From: Aplysia californica | Taxonomy: Eukaryota | Assembly: GCF_000002075.1 (NCBI RefSeq) | Contig: NW_004798019.1 | Location: 279,166 to 341,948, forward strand | Direction: 5' to 3' | Length of the DNA stretch: 62,783 nt | The notes under the pieces: model-generated | Database searches by the model: none | What the model saw: the letters and a program-made list of their open reading frames with translations, nothing else | What the model was told of the DNA's origin: nothing | Shown: positions 1-12,570 of the stretch, one piece after another | Position numbering within the stretch: the first letter of the stretch is position 1 | How the letters are laid out: each line of letters starts with the position of its first letter | Made by a program: the position numbers and the translations under genes

Positions 1-58
1 AAAAAAAAAAAGAAACACCCCCCCAAAAAAAACCAGAAACTTTTGTTTTGTTCATCAG

Positions 59-168
59 GGTACGCTGAACAGATTCGACATTTCCGAGATTCGCCAGAAC
101 GCCAACTGCCCGGAGTGCGACCTGACGGGTAGTCATATTGAAGCAAACAAACCCGTGGCGGTATTCAG
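59..168 (+). CDS. Internal exon of an IgGFc-binding-protein N-terminal-domain gene (gene starts upstream of the window)
   Basis: Acceptor ttcatcag at 51-58 and donor gttggg at 169. Translates GTLNRFDISEIRQNANCPECDLTGSHIEANKPVAVFS, which matches the DLTGTxVxSxKPVAVFSG motif of the FCGBP N-terminal domain. Confidence 0.8.
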
Positions 169-898
169 GTTGGGACATAATAAATTTCTAACACTTTCCG
201 CTTACTTTGTGTAGTCGAACCTGCCCTTTACGACCGCCTGTATAAGACACAAACGCCTGTATAAACGACCGCTTCCCACCTTTCCCTTGATCTTTAAAGC
301 CATTTTAAGAACACCGTGTAAAATGTCCACCTGTCTAAGACGGTCATTTTTCTCTTCGACAATAAGTGGCAGCCTTTGACTGCACTTGAGTAAAAGTAAA
401 CTTTAGCCCTGTTTTTAAAGTATAGTTTTAGTCATAGTTTTACGGCACCAGGCAGTATAGTTCACTGACGTCCAGGAGTGGGCGATTTGGTCATTTTGTG
501 GGCGGTGGGGATCACCTGGCGAGTGACAAGTCTTATATCATGCACTCCTCCCTCCTCACCCCCATGGAAATAATCTTGGTGGGTGGTACAAACATTTTAT
601 TCTCTTAAAGTCTTAAAGAAAGCAAAAGTGGACATGGGGTATTAAAGGGTTGACAAGCAGTGCACCACACCAACCGAGCGAAAGGTGTGCCCAGTTGCCG
701 CTTTATGGAACTGACAATCTATCACCGAACAACAAATTATTGTAACTGGTTTGATAATTTCTTCAAAAAATCTGACAAGCTTTAAAAAAAACAACCAGAA
801 ACGCTTTAGAACATTTTGGACGTCCGGATGAATTTCCTGTGATTCCCACTGTTTGAATACAATGCACGATTGTGATTAACGTAGCCTTGCTTCCCCAG

Positions 899-919
899 GT
901 GATGATAATGATGATGATG

Positions 920-982
<63 letters not shown>
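899..982. repeat. (GAT)n microsatellite
   Basis: Read directly from the sequence. Confidence 0.95.
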
Positions 983-983
<1 letters not shown>

Positions 984-2844
984 GTCACAGGGTGGGATAA
1001 AGAAACAGTACGTGGCTCGCTCTATTGTTCGTTCGATCCTGTCTCAAAGGAAAAATTAGCTTTAGATATTCAGTCAGGGTAGTGTGACCATTAGCTTACG
1101 AGCCCTATACTCATATCTATTCTGTCTCATTCCACACCCTTATGTAAGATTCACCATGCCAGCCTACATTAATGTGTAACAGATCAGATCATGCTGCTCA
1201 AATCTGACTTGTAAAACTTGAAACAGACGCGATATGCCTTTTCAAAATATCCTATTCTGACGACAATGGCAGAGCGACGCAACTGCACATTTCGTGATTT
1301 TGAGAAAAACAGAGACACATTTTGTATTTTTAAAAAAATTCTTGGCACTTATTATTGAGACCCCTAAGTAACGTGGCTTTACGGCTTTGAACCTTACTAA
1401 TCCGGATGAAAATGACACGTTCTTTCTTTGACATAAGCAGGATCGGGCAAGACTGGTGTAATAAACAAATGAAACAAACAAACATTTATTAAAAACACAA
1501 TAAAAGACCGCAGCTCCGCAGTTTTGTCAGTTACGTTGCTCTGCCTTAGGACGGCAGTACTTTGCATCTAGCAGGACGCAAAACAGCAACGAAAACGAAG
1601 TCTAGATATGAACTGTCAACTGTCAGGGAAAAACGCTCTTTTATAATTGTCTTCGATCTCGTGTCCCGATTTATTTTGCCCAGATATGACTTGCCAATAA
1701 GATATTCAAAAAAACAACAAAAAAGACAAAACAAAACAAAAAACAACCCCCCAAAAAGGCAACAACAAAAGCAACAACAACAGCAACCAAAAAGCTGGTT
1801 ACACCGATACCATTTTCCTTGTGAGATGGTTCTGTCAAGCACACTCGTGCGCGCTCCTAAACAGCTGGCAGACGACACAGTGACTCACCTAGAAGGATGC
1901 TCCCCGCAGTTTTCGCTGACTCAGCTGTTCCGCGCACGGGTCTTGGCGTGTGACCTCTATCCCTCTCATCCCCTTGACCCGGCTCTGGGACATTGGACAA
2001 GCCTGTTGTTTACGCTGGTCGTACGCTCGTGATTTTCATGTGGTGGAAACTTTTAGACATCCACACCGATAAAGTTTATACATTTCTTGTACTTTTATAC
2101 AAAATGTATACGCTTTATTATTCATTTACTTATTTATTTATTCATTTATTTATTTATTTATTTATTTATTTTACGTATCTGTTTATTTATTTAATTATTT
2201 ATTTACTTTTCATTTATTTATTTATTGGGGGGGGGGGCGTAACTTTGTGCCCCGATCAACTTCATTAAGACCATTTAGGAGGCGGGCTTCGACTGTGCCA
2301 GTCAGGGTCAACCCGGGCTGAGATAGATAAAATGTTCTAGCAGGAAAACAGAGAAGATTGATAGCAATTCTCCCCACACATGATTACATCTATTGTAAGA
2401 ACTTAGTAACATGGTTTTGTGCTTTTTGTTTTGTTTATATTTGACGTTCGACTTGTGAATTTTCTCCCGTTGTCTTGGAACTGTTATTAGGGTTGATAAG
2501 TTATCCTCCTCAAGGTATCAATGTCATGTCATGACAACATTATCACACACGCTACCCCCCCCCCCCCCCCGAAAAAAATCCTCTTGCTCTCCCTTTTGTT
2601 TTGAGTGCTTAATTGATGCTCAGATGGGGGTCTTTTCCGTTTGGAATGTATACACATGTATATGTATTTCGTTTCAGTGTATCTCTCGTCCTCTTTTTTC
2701 CCTTTCAAGCAAAAGTTTATGCTGACATACTTTAAATTTCAAATCAGTTACCTTTTTACATCATTCACTGTCAAGTGTTTTTTTCCTTATTCAGTCTTTA
2801 ACTAATCCTACGCCCGCTTGTCTTTTCCAATATCCTGAATTCAG

Positions 2845-3074
2845 TAAATGACACGCTGATATCCGAACTGAGCCCGTGGCAAAATATGGGCAAAACTGGG
2901 TTCGTGGTGGCAAATGTGGCAATACAACGGCCAGGCTTCCATCGTGTGCACAGCTCAACGGAAGCGTCCCTGGTCACTGGTGGACCAGTCTCTTTCGGCG
3001 GCTACGTGTACGGACATGGTGACGTCACCGCCTACGCTGCGCCTTTGGCTATGGAAAGCGGTGGTCATGTTGAG
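2845..3074 (+). CDS. Exon encoding the C-terminal end of the IgGFc-binding domain
   Basis: Acceptor ttcag ends at 2844, donor gtcaga at 3075. Translates NDTLISELSPWQNMGKTGFVVANVAIQRPGFHRVHSS...SFGGYVYGHGDVTAYAAPLAMESGGHVE, matching the G-H-x-I...FG-x-x-VYG...SY-x-x-P-x-G end of the domain. Confidence 0.8.
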
Positions 3075-3159
3075 GTCAGAAGTTTATGCCCGTTTTGTTT
3101 TTGTTCTACTGAAATTGTTTAATTGCTTTAACTTTTCAAGCTTTCAATGCTTTCATTTC

Positions 3160-3432
3160 GTCTTGTCTTTTCTACTATGCTGTTGCCCTGCCTTGTCTTT
3201 TTTTGCCTTGCCTTGCCTAGCCTTGCCTTGTCTTCTTTAGCCGTGCCTTGTCTTGTCTTCTATTACATTGTCTCGGCCTATCTTGTCTGATCTTGTCTTG
3301 TCTTCTTTTGTTTTGCCTTCTTGTCTTGTCTTCTTTTATCCTGTCTTACTTTGCCCTGTCTTGCCCTGACTTGTCTTGCCTTGTCTTGTCTTGCCTCGTC
3401 TTGTCTGGTCTGGTCTTGTCTTGTCTTGTCTT
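3160..3432. repeat. Degenerate (CTTGT/CTTGC)n pentanucleotide repeat
   Basis: Read directly from the sequence. Confidence 0.9.
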
Positions 3433-3701
3433 ATAAGCCCCCAGTCTTCAGGGAACCATCTTGATGGTTTAAATACAGTGCCAAACTATTCCAACATACG
3501 TTGTGTTAAGGTGAAGGCCTGGGTCCTCTGCAAAAAGCTTCTCTGTCCACTCAATTAAATACATGTACGAATGCTATCTGTCCATTCCACTCGGTTGTGT
3601 TGTGTGGCTGTTAACTCTCACCTTCTTTTCCTTTATTGTTGTAAGAAGGTCTTTTTAAAAATGTATCTGTTTTTACTCCCCATGGACATAATTTAGATAA
3701 C

Positions 3702-3890
3702 TTAAAAGGCAGGGTTACGACACTGCCCGTCAAGACCAAACTGGGCTGAGAGGGATACAGCATCACAGTAGAAAGACCAAGGTGCTCGATAGGCCTGAAT
3801 GTTTAATATTGTCTTCCTACTTGGAAAACGAACATGGGTCTCCTGAATGCAACAGCGAAGCGCCTAAACGCTACTGCACAGACTCCGGTG
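3702..3890 (-). mobile_element. tRNA-derived SINE (same family as 27944-29820; further copies about 11980-12130, 44635-44822, partial at 2274 and 45447)
   Basis: Shared blocks tttaggaggcgggcttc, gatacaacatc..agaaagac and cctaaccg.tac.ccacagac.ccggt; A/B-box-like head on the - strand. Confidence 0.6.
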
Positions 3891-4016
3891 AGAAGGTCTT
3901 CGTGTGTATGTGTGTGTGTGTGGGGGGGGGGGGGGGGGGGTTGTGATGGGTGGTCAGGCTAACCTCTTCATTCCCTCTTGACAAGTTCCAAGAAGTAGAA
4001 GATGTCCAAGATGATA

Positions 4017-4095
4017 TAGTGACATCACATTTCTAGGACCCACGTCTTCTTCTCCTAGTGACATCACATTTCTAGGACCCACGTCTTCTTCTCCT
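4017..4095. repeat. Perfect 39-bp tandem duplication
   Basis: tagtgacatcacatttctaggacccacgtcttcttctcc occurs twice in succession. Confidence 0.95.
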
Positions 4096-4860
4096 CAGCT
4101 GTACAGTAGTTAGGAACCACATTACGTTTCACAATAACGCCGTGTTGATGTTGTAATCTCTCATAATGATCTCCGGTCTGACTAGTACAGGTGCTATCAT
4201 TTAAATTCTAAAATCGCCTGGAGAAACTTCAAAGGAAGTGTGCCATTTCATCCTGATGGCAAAATATCTGGTATCGCCAGATATCAGCCCATTGCCAGTG
4301 AGGACTTTATATCATTGTGAGAACTCACAATACAACGTGAAAGATCTGAAGCGATGAAATGACTGATGAGTATCGGGTTTGGTTTTTAAAAAGTACATCT
4401 ACAGGGTCATTGACACATAATAGCATAGCTTCTGATTCGGAAGAAATTTTAAATTTGAATTTATATAAAGTTCAGCTTGAGCTGTACACTTCACTAATTT
4501 GGTTGCTGCTCGTTTTCCCCCTGCTCATGGCAATCGCGCAAAACAGATCTATAATCTAGAACAAGATATGTATAGTATGGTAACAATTTTTCTCTTGTCT
4601 CTACCACTATTCAAGATGACAATCGATGCCATATTCCGCTACACCGCCGGCTGCATCACCTACTTCATGTTCGCCCCAGTATAGGCGGTATAATGGGAGT
4701 TGACTGTATAATAATATTGTATACTAATGGGGGAATTAGAATCTGATATCCTGTTTGCGACATCGAAGCACCTTACAACTACACCACAGATGTCGGTCTT
4801 CTTTGTACTTTTTAATGATTTATTTCTAAATTTATTGTTGTTGTTTTACTGTTGTTTCAG

Positions 4861-4921
4861 ACCATGTTCTGGGCAGACTGGCCAGTGGTGAAAATGCACG
4901 AGCAGAACCAGATGAAGTCAA
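4861..4921 (+). CDS. Short linker exon of the IgGFc/PAN gene
   Basis: Acceptor tgttgtttcag, donor gtttgt at 4922. 61 nt, phase 0 in and phase 1 out, exactly bridging exon 2845-3074 and exon 6012-6274. Translates TMFWADWPVVKMHEQNQMKS. Confidence 0.6.
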
Positions 4922-6011
4922 GTTTGTATCAGTCTTATTATCTTTTTAGTAAGAGTTTTACGGCACTTGCAGAGCAATTATTAACTCATAAATTGTCGAA
5001 GAACAGTGGTGGTGCAACGGTACAAGAGAGTAACGAACACAGTAAGGGAGGAGAGATTATAAGAACGATAGATGTTTGATTTAGGAAAGAAGAAGGAGTA
5101 AACCACACAAGAGAAGTGTTGTTGTACTTGCTGGCAGCAGCAGTATGATGCGATAGAATACAATGGAACCTGCTCTAACGACAATCTGTCAGATTACATC
5201 ATGTGTATTATGACCACTTAAAATTTACCTGAATAATGACACTGTTCAACTGTCTGAGATAACCACTAGTGTATACTGTAAGATGACCACTTTAATTGTC
5301 CTTGATAATAGGTGGTCGTCTTGTACAGGTTCGACTGTTGTAGTTACTGCAGTAGTGCATGTTGTTTTAGTTTTAGTAATAGTGTTACGGCACTTGCAAC
5401 ACAATAAGGTCATCATATAGATTTTCTAGGTGCCACAGATTAGAGGTGTTACATGAAAATAACAAACACAAAATAGAAAGAGGAGAGATCAGGACGATAA
5501 ACGTTTGATAGGGAAGTAGGATGTTGTTTTTGATTTCGGGAGTCTGCACGATAACATTAATAACAGTCACATCGCACAGCCCCCCACCACCACCAGTACA
5601 GTACAAAGCTAACTTACGCCTTTGGCAAACAAACGGACAGAAAAACCAACCAAACAACAACAACTACAAAAACTCTATAAGATTTAAAGAAAACTGCAGT
5701 TAGTTACGCTTTGAGATATTACCATTGAAGACCTGAAACGTAACACGGTGATCAGGAAATNNNNNNNNNNNNNNNNNNNNNNNNNNNNNNNNNNNNNNNN
5801 NNNNNNNNNNNNNNNNNNNNNNNNNNNNNNNNNNNNNNNNNNNNNNNNNNNNNNNNNNNNNNNNNNNNNNNNNNNNNNNNNNNNNNNNNNNNNNNNNNNN
5901 NNNNNNNNNNNNNNNNNNNNNNNNGTTAAAAAAAAGTGGAAGATACAATGCATTATAATTATAATGGCCTTCATAAAAGTGGGTTTTCCCTTTCATTTTC
6001 ATCACATACAG

Positions 6012-6274
6012 CACGCATTAGACAACAGCTATGGAGACTCGTGGAAAGGGACGTAATCTCACCCCAACCTCCTATCGAAGTCAGCGAAGTTGTGTCCCCT
6101 TTGTCGTGTTTGGGAAAGTGCATGGGGAACCCAAAGTGCAAGTACGCTTCTGTACTGGGAGATAACTCCACTCACTCATGGTTCTGCCACTTACTAGACG
6201 ACAGAGCCATGTGTGGAGACAGGCTCGCATCTCCGAAAACAAAAACGTATCTGCTGAGGACACGCAGCGACTGA
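6012..6274 (+). CDS. Terminal exon with a PAN/Apple-like Cys domain
   Basis: Acceptor acatacag ends at 6011, stop TGA at 6272-6274. SPLSCLGKCMGNPKCKYAS...WFCHLLD shows the C-x3-C-x5-C...C-x-L PAN spacing. Confidence 0.65.
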
Positions 6275-6459
6275 AAAAAAAAATATAGCAGATTTTGTTC
6301 CTGTCATGTTGTAAAAACCAACACTATAGTGTGTTTTACTAGAAGAGCTAGCATTTCAAAGGCTTCTTTGTCCCATAAACTCAAGAAAGAAAGAACAGAC
6401 ATATAATATTCATTCGTACCAACTGCAGTGAGGTTTTTGAACACTCAGTGCTACAAATG

Positions 6460-6558
<99 letters not shown>

Positions 6559-7551
6559 ACGGAGGAGGTTGTCCCAGCATGTGAGACATGTATTTACTTG
6601 GCCTAATGTCCTGTCTTGTTGTGCGTTTGCGTGAGTGCACCTTTAAGTCGAACTTTTGTAACGTCTACTGACATTGTTAACGACCAAGACAAATTTCTCC
6701 CTGCGAGATGAATAAAGATTGTCATTGTCATTGTCACTCTCAATCCAAACCTTGATATGCTCTCAAAATCAGTAATAATCTGAATTACTTTATCCTCTTA
6801 CTGATTTGAATAAATTGTGCGGTCGGTCGTTACATTTCTAGTATTGGTTATGCATTAGCAGTTTTTATCTATGCCAAAATGTAGCCACGAACACGTTATT
6901 GTATTTTCTCCAGGTGCTAGCATTTTATTGACTGCTTTGGCCGTCTAAACTCTTCTTAAGCTAATTGTGTTCTAAGCAGCTGGAACTATCTTACTTTCCT
7001 TGTACTTCTAATGTTTTGAGTAACTTGTGTCGTCAGTTTTTACACTTTTAACACTTTTAGTACTGGTTATAAACTTAAAGTTTTTGTTCATGTCAAGATG
7101 TAGCCACCAAAACGTTACTGTGTTTTCTGTAAATGCTAGCATTTTATTGACTTCTTTGGACCTCTAAGCTCTATCTTAATCTAAATGTGTTCTGAAAAGC
7201 TGGAAACATCTTATTTTCCTTGTACTTCTAATGTTTTTGAGCAACTTGTTTGGTCGGTCGTTACACTTTTAATAGGGGTTATAATCTACTAGTTTTGTTC
7301 CTTCCATGTTGTAATCACCAACACCATTGGGTATTTCACTAGAAGAGCTAGCATTTCAAAAGTTTGTTTGTCCGATAAACTGTATTCAAATATTGATTTT
7401 TCTTCTCAAAATCAGTAACCATCTTAATTACTTTGTCTTTTACTGTTTTGATTAAATTATGTGTTCGGTTGTTACACTTTTAGAAATGGTTATTAGCTAT
7501 TAGTTTTTGTTTCGGTCACGTTATGAACACAAACACCATAATGGGTTTAAC

Positions 7552-8376
7552 CAGGGGCGGCTGGTGGGGCTAAAAAGTGGACGTGCACAATTAAGCTATC
7601 ACATGCTGAAGATAGTCAAGGGCATAGTAAATGAGACGGTGTATAATTTTAGGATCTTTGGGTTGGTGAGGGAGGACCTCGTTCTTTTATTTTCATTATT
7701 TTTACTTGTCGCTTTGATTTCTAGTACTAAATTTGTTTGTTAGCCTAACATCAATTTCGTTCATCCTGTAGATCTATTTGAACTGAACCCTCAAAACCAT
7801 TCAAAGTACAACTCATAGGACGGTCACATTCACCTCCCTCAGGTTCACGGTCACAGAGTCACTTAGAATAGTGGCAAGACAGACAATGAACCAATCACAA
7901 TTCACTTGAGCGCTCTGCTGGATTGCTCCGGGGCTCACATGCAAAGAATAGCGTACGGTCTATCGCGTTTATTTTTAGACTGCCTACTGTGGGCTATGTT
8001 TCGGCATTGTTCGGCAGGAGCACATTTGAGATGTGCCGTCTTATTAATATTAATGTACCGCCAAACTCGCTACGAGTGTCGTCATCGCCTGGGTTATCCC
8101 CAAGAGCGATTTATAGGTCATGTTACACTTTTGAATATCCTATTATGTTTAGCTAAAGCGCGTGGACTTTGGCATGGCATAGTAGATGTTTTACGGCGCT
8201 CTAGACACATAAATTCCAGTTATGGCGCCAGTGAGGACCTTGTTTTGATATAATATTTGGCTAGTGTTTGTTTCTGGCTTCTTTTATTTTATTATTGTGA
8301 GTGTTTTTCGTAGCAGAACATAAAAATTTTTTTGGGCGGCACTGCACGACCGTGCTCAATGGACGAACCGCGCCTG
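7552..8376. mobile_element. Non-autonomous hAT-type DNA transposon
   Basis: Imperfect TIRs CAGGGGCGGCTGGT / ACGAACCGCGCCTG. 8-bp TSD ggtttaac (7544-7551) and ggtttaat (8377-8384). The satellite monomer resumes across the insert. Confidence 0.8.
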
Positions 8377-9022
8377 GGTTTAATCAAAAGAGCTATCACT
8401 TCATAATCATAGGCTTCTTTGTCCAATAAACGCTATTCAAACTTGGATGTGTTCTCAAAATCAGTAATTATCTGAATTACTTTTTCATTTCGAGGTTTTG
8501 AGTAAATTGTGTAGTCAGTTGTTACACTTTTAGTATTGATTATAAATTAAAGGTTTTTTGTCCATGCCAAAATGTAGCCACAAGCACTTTATTGTGTTTT
8601 CTACAGGTGCTAGAATTTTATAGACTTCTTTTGCCGGTTAAACTCTATCTAAAGCTAATTTGGTTCTAAACAGCTGGAAATATCTTATTTTGCTTGTACT
8701 TCTAATGTTTTGAGTAACTTGTGTGGTCGGTTGTTTCACTTTTAGTAGTGGTTATTTTCTATAAGTTTTTTGTTCCTGTCGAGTTGTAAAAACCAACACC
8801 ATAGTGTGTTTTACTAGAAGTAGAAGAGCTAGCATTTCAAAGGCTTCTTTGTCCGATAAGCTCTATCCAAACAGTGATACGCTTTCAAAATCAGTGGTCT
8901 TCTAAATTCTGAATTTCTTTATCCTCTTACTTTTTTAAAGGAAATTGTCCGGGCAGTCGTTACACTTTTGGTATTGGTTATAAATTAAAAGCTTTTGTCT
9001 AAGCCGCAATATAGCCACTAAC

Positions 9023-9875
9023 CTAGCATCTGCGTTTGCGCGGCCGCGATTTTTGGCATTTTTTGGTCCGCGAATAGCGGCCGCGATTTTTGCGTTTTTC
9101 AAAAAAAAAAAAAAAAGACAAAACAACAAAGCTACTTCATAACATATTAGACATGTATTTTGACAAGTTTTAAGATGTCCGTCTGTCTATTTTCATGCGG
9201 AGAATATAAGTACATTACATTACATACTATTTATTATATTGCTGTTTGTCTTATTTTTCCCTCTTTGTTGTGTTTTAATTTGTTGGTGTGTTAGTTTTTC
9301 AAAAAGATTGTTCTGAGGATTTGTTTTTCTTTTTTTGTGTGTTTATACAACGTAAGGTCATTACTTTGATGCTGTTCCTACCCTTTCAAAAATATAATGT
9401 GGTATGTTAGAGCGTGTCTCCACAAAAACCGAATGCTGACACAGGCAGGGCCCTTGTGTGTGATTCCATAATTTACATGTAATATCCTGTAGGCCTAATT
9501 TTTCTTGAATTACACACGTTTAGGGTTAAAACAGCCAATCTTCGGATAGGTGGACACGTGCCCTAATTTGTTAATTGTTGTGGTTATGTCATGTATCCGT
9601 GCTGTTCTAATTTGGATTTCATTCTGTTGTTAAACCTTTATTTTTCACGTTTTTACCCTCTGGGTGACTACAAATGATATTCTGGATGCTCAATACAGAG
9701 CACAAGAAATTCTGGTGCTTTAGATTGTTACCTCTATCAACATATTGCTATATATGCGTCGTCACAGAGAGTTGAAAGCTTGAAAATGAAAATTAAAGGC
9801 AACTTTGTTGGAAACTTTTGCCACTTTTTGTGGCAATCTTTGGACAACAAAAATGGCAACAAACGCAGATGCTAG
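9023..9875. mobile_element. Non-autonomous TIR transposon with 6-bp TSD
   Basis: Perfect 16-bp TIR CTAGCATCTGCGTTTG / CAAACGCAGATGCTAG. TSD actaac at 9017-9022 and 9876-9881. Confidence 0.85.
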
Positions 9876-11035
9876 ACTAACACGTTATTGTGTTTTCTAC
9901 AGGTGCTAGCTTTGTATAGACTTCTTTGGCCGGCTAAACTCTGTCTTAAGCTAAATGTGCTATGAACAGCTGGAAACATCTTACCTTCCTTGTACTTCTA
10001 ATATTTTTAGCAACTTGTGTGGGTGGTCGTTACACTTTTAGAAGTGGTTATTATCTATTAGTTTTTGTTTCTGTCACATTGTAACCACCAACAAAATAAT
10101 GTGTTTTACCTGAAGACCTAGAATTTCAACGGCTTCTTCGTCCGATAAACTCTTATCCAAACCTTGATATGCTCTCAAAATCAGTAATCATCTGAATTAC
10201 TTTGTCCTCTAGTTTTGAGTAAATTGGGCGGTCGACGACATGAAGTGGCCCATTCAGTACTATTCGTTTAGTTTTAGTTGAGGTTTTACAGCGCTCGCAA
10301 CCGCATAAGGTCATATGAGCGCCAGAAGATTAGAGGTGTTACAATAGAGTAACAAACATAAAAAAGAAGAAGGGGAGATAAGGACGATAGGTGTTTGATA
10401 GGAAAGAAGAAGCAAACCACATCAGAGCACCCGCCAACCACCCACGTATTATTCTCCAGAGATCAGCAGCAACTCTCACGAAGCTGACACATTATGCCAG
10501 ATCAGCAAGAGACCAAAGGCAGAGTTGTACAACATTTCATCCATCATACACAAATCAGAAACACAAATTTGAACATTTCATACTAAGCATGCTGTGGCCT
10601 GCATTTCTATGTCACAGTATAACACGGATAGGTCGGAAACAGAAAACTCGAAATCACACATCCGTCGAACTGTGCTAGCCTGTTTTTTTCTTCTTCATTC
10701 TTTGTAAGATATGCCTCGAACTACCGAGGCGGGTCGCGACGAATTCGAGCTATCCGTGTTATACTACAGTAGTAAAGAAAACAAGAGTTGAAAAATTCCA
10801 TTTTAGTATATTAGTAAGGGTTTTACGGCACTTGTAACACAATAAGGTCATACAAGTGCCGAAGATTAGAAATGTCACAAACAAGCGGGTAGCAAAAGCA
10901 AAAAAGGAGGAGAGATAAAGGACGATAGCTATTTCATGGGAAAGAAGGAGCAAACCACACCAGAGCACCCGTCATCCACCTGCCAAAAATCGGTATGAGT
11001 GATGTGAAGTTATGCTTCTTTGACTTTGAGTATAT

Positions 11036-11068
<33 letters not shown>

Positions 11069-12309
11069 ATACAAGCATATATTCATTTGAGAAAAAGGCA
11101 TAGAGAAAATAAAGGGTTTAACTTCAATTAACTATTGTACGTAAAATAAGGACTGGAAAATCAGACAGAGGTAGTTTTTAAAAATCTTTTTTTGCTTTTT
11201 AATGAAAGGGCTCATTATTTCTAGCCTCTTGCAGAAATAACAGAAAACAATAGGTCTACTAATACTAATACATGTATGTGAATAAATCTGTCAAAATAAT
11301 TATATTATACCTTTATCAAGGTCAAGACATTTTGCAGTATGAAATCAAGTCATTGTATATGAAATATAAACTTACCCAATGTTATAAGAAAAATCTCTTA
11401 ACAACAGTCTTTTTAAAAATTACTTAAAATCTCTCTCGCTCCTGAAACAAAATAATAACAACTGAACTGAAAATGAAACATGCTTCAAACACAGACACTT
11501 TGAATACATTATATATATATAATCTCATTCAAATTATCCAATTCCTTAGCATAAGAAATAAGATTCTATGCCGATTGCTGATGTAACTCATCATCAGGGT
11601 ACCCGTAGATAAAATTAGATACGGTACATGGAAAGGCACTGAAATCTCGGGACTTCACACAAAACTTTGAACCACAGAAGAGATTTAGTTTTTGAGTTTT
11701 AGTAAGCGTTTTTTTTTTGGCACTTGCAACAGAGGTCGTATAAGCGCCAAAGATTAAAGGTGTTACTAAAGAATAACATAAAAAGAAAAGGAGGAGGAGA
11801 AAATATAAGGATAACAGGTGTTGGACAGGAAATAAGGGACAAATCACACCAGAGCCAACCATCCACACAGGCGAGCAAGACCTTTACAATTATATATTTT
11901 ACTTGATTACACAAAGAAACTCTCAGTAGTCGTATGTGTATTATTGTACTGGTAAATGCCCACTTCAACACAAATTAGGTCATTTAAAAGACGCGGGCTG
12001 CTTTGATCCTGTCTGCCAGGGCTAAAAGGAATACAACATCTTTAATAGAAAGAACCTCTCCACATGGGAACTGAACTTGTGTTTTCTGTGTGCCATAGTG
12101 AAGCGCATAATTGCTACACCTCAGACTTTTCAGTAGTTGTACAATGTCAATCAGACAGGGGCAAACAAAAAATTTTTGTCCCTCGAACTTGAATCAAAAG
12201 GTATGCTGTAGAGGGGGGTGGGGAAGGGTTTTAGTACATTAACCTTCACCTAATCTGTGGTATGACTTACAGTGAGGCAAGGGCACCACTACAGAATTTA
12301 CAACCACTT

Positions 12310-12570
12310 TCTTCATTCTTCCACTCCTCTTAGTTCTCAGCTCTCTATGTTCCAGTTTCAGTTTTTTTGATGTTGTTTTCTCATCCTTTCCTTTGTTTGC
12401 CTCTTCATCTACTTCTTGCTTGTGATGTTCCCTGCAGGATATCCTTGGCCAATCTAAAAACCGTGTGATGTGCTCATACCACTTCAGTTTAGTTTGCGTT
12501 ATTTCACTGAAGTCAGGAGGTCTTCATGCTGCCCAACGACATTTCCAAATCTGGTTCTCATTATCTCACT
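12310..12570 (-). mobile_element. Decayed 3' fragment of an RTE-clade LINE
   Basis: The - strand reads KLKWYEHITR, followed by frameshifted remnants of the ILQG..RRRGR.RK.WE.NI C-terminal RTE motif. Confidence 0.55.

Larger units (their letters stand above)
6290..10232. repeat. Satellite-like array of ~210-bp monomers of two related types, interrupted by a (GA)n-bearing insert and two DNA transposons
   Basis: Anchor gttacacttttagta.tggtta recurs at about 6830, 7050, 7260, 7470, 8520, 8735, 8960 and 10030. Confidence 0.85.

Noticed and set aside
806-988. Poly-His ORF
   Set aside because: Translation of a (GAT)n microsatellite; no splice or coding context.
3160-3436. Leu/Cys-rich hydrophobic ORFs
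   Set aside because: Produced by the (CTTGT)n repeat.
6290-10232. CRISPR-like or coding repeat array
   Set aside because: Eukaryotic context, long diverged monomers without unique spacers, and no open frame.
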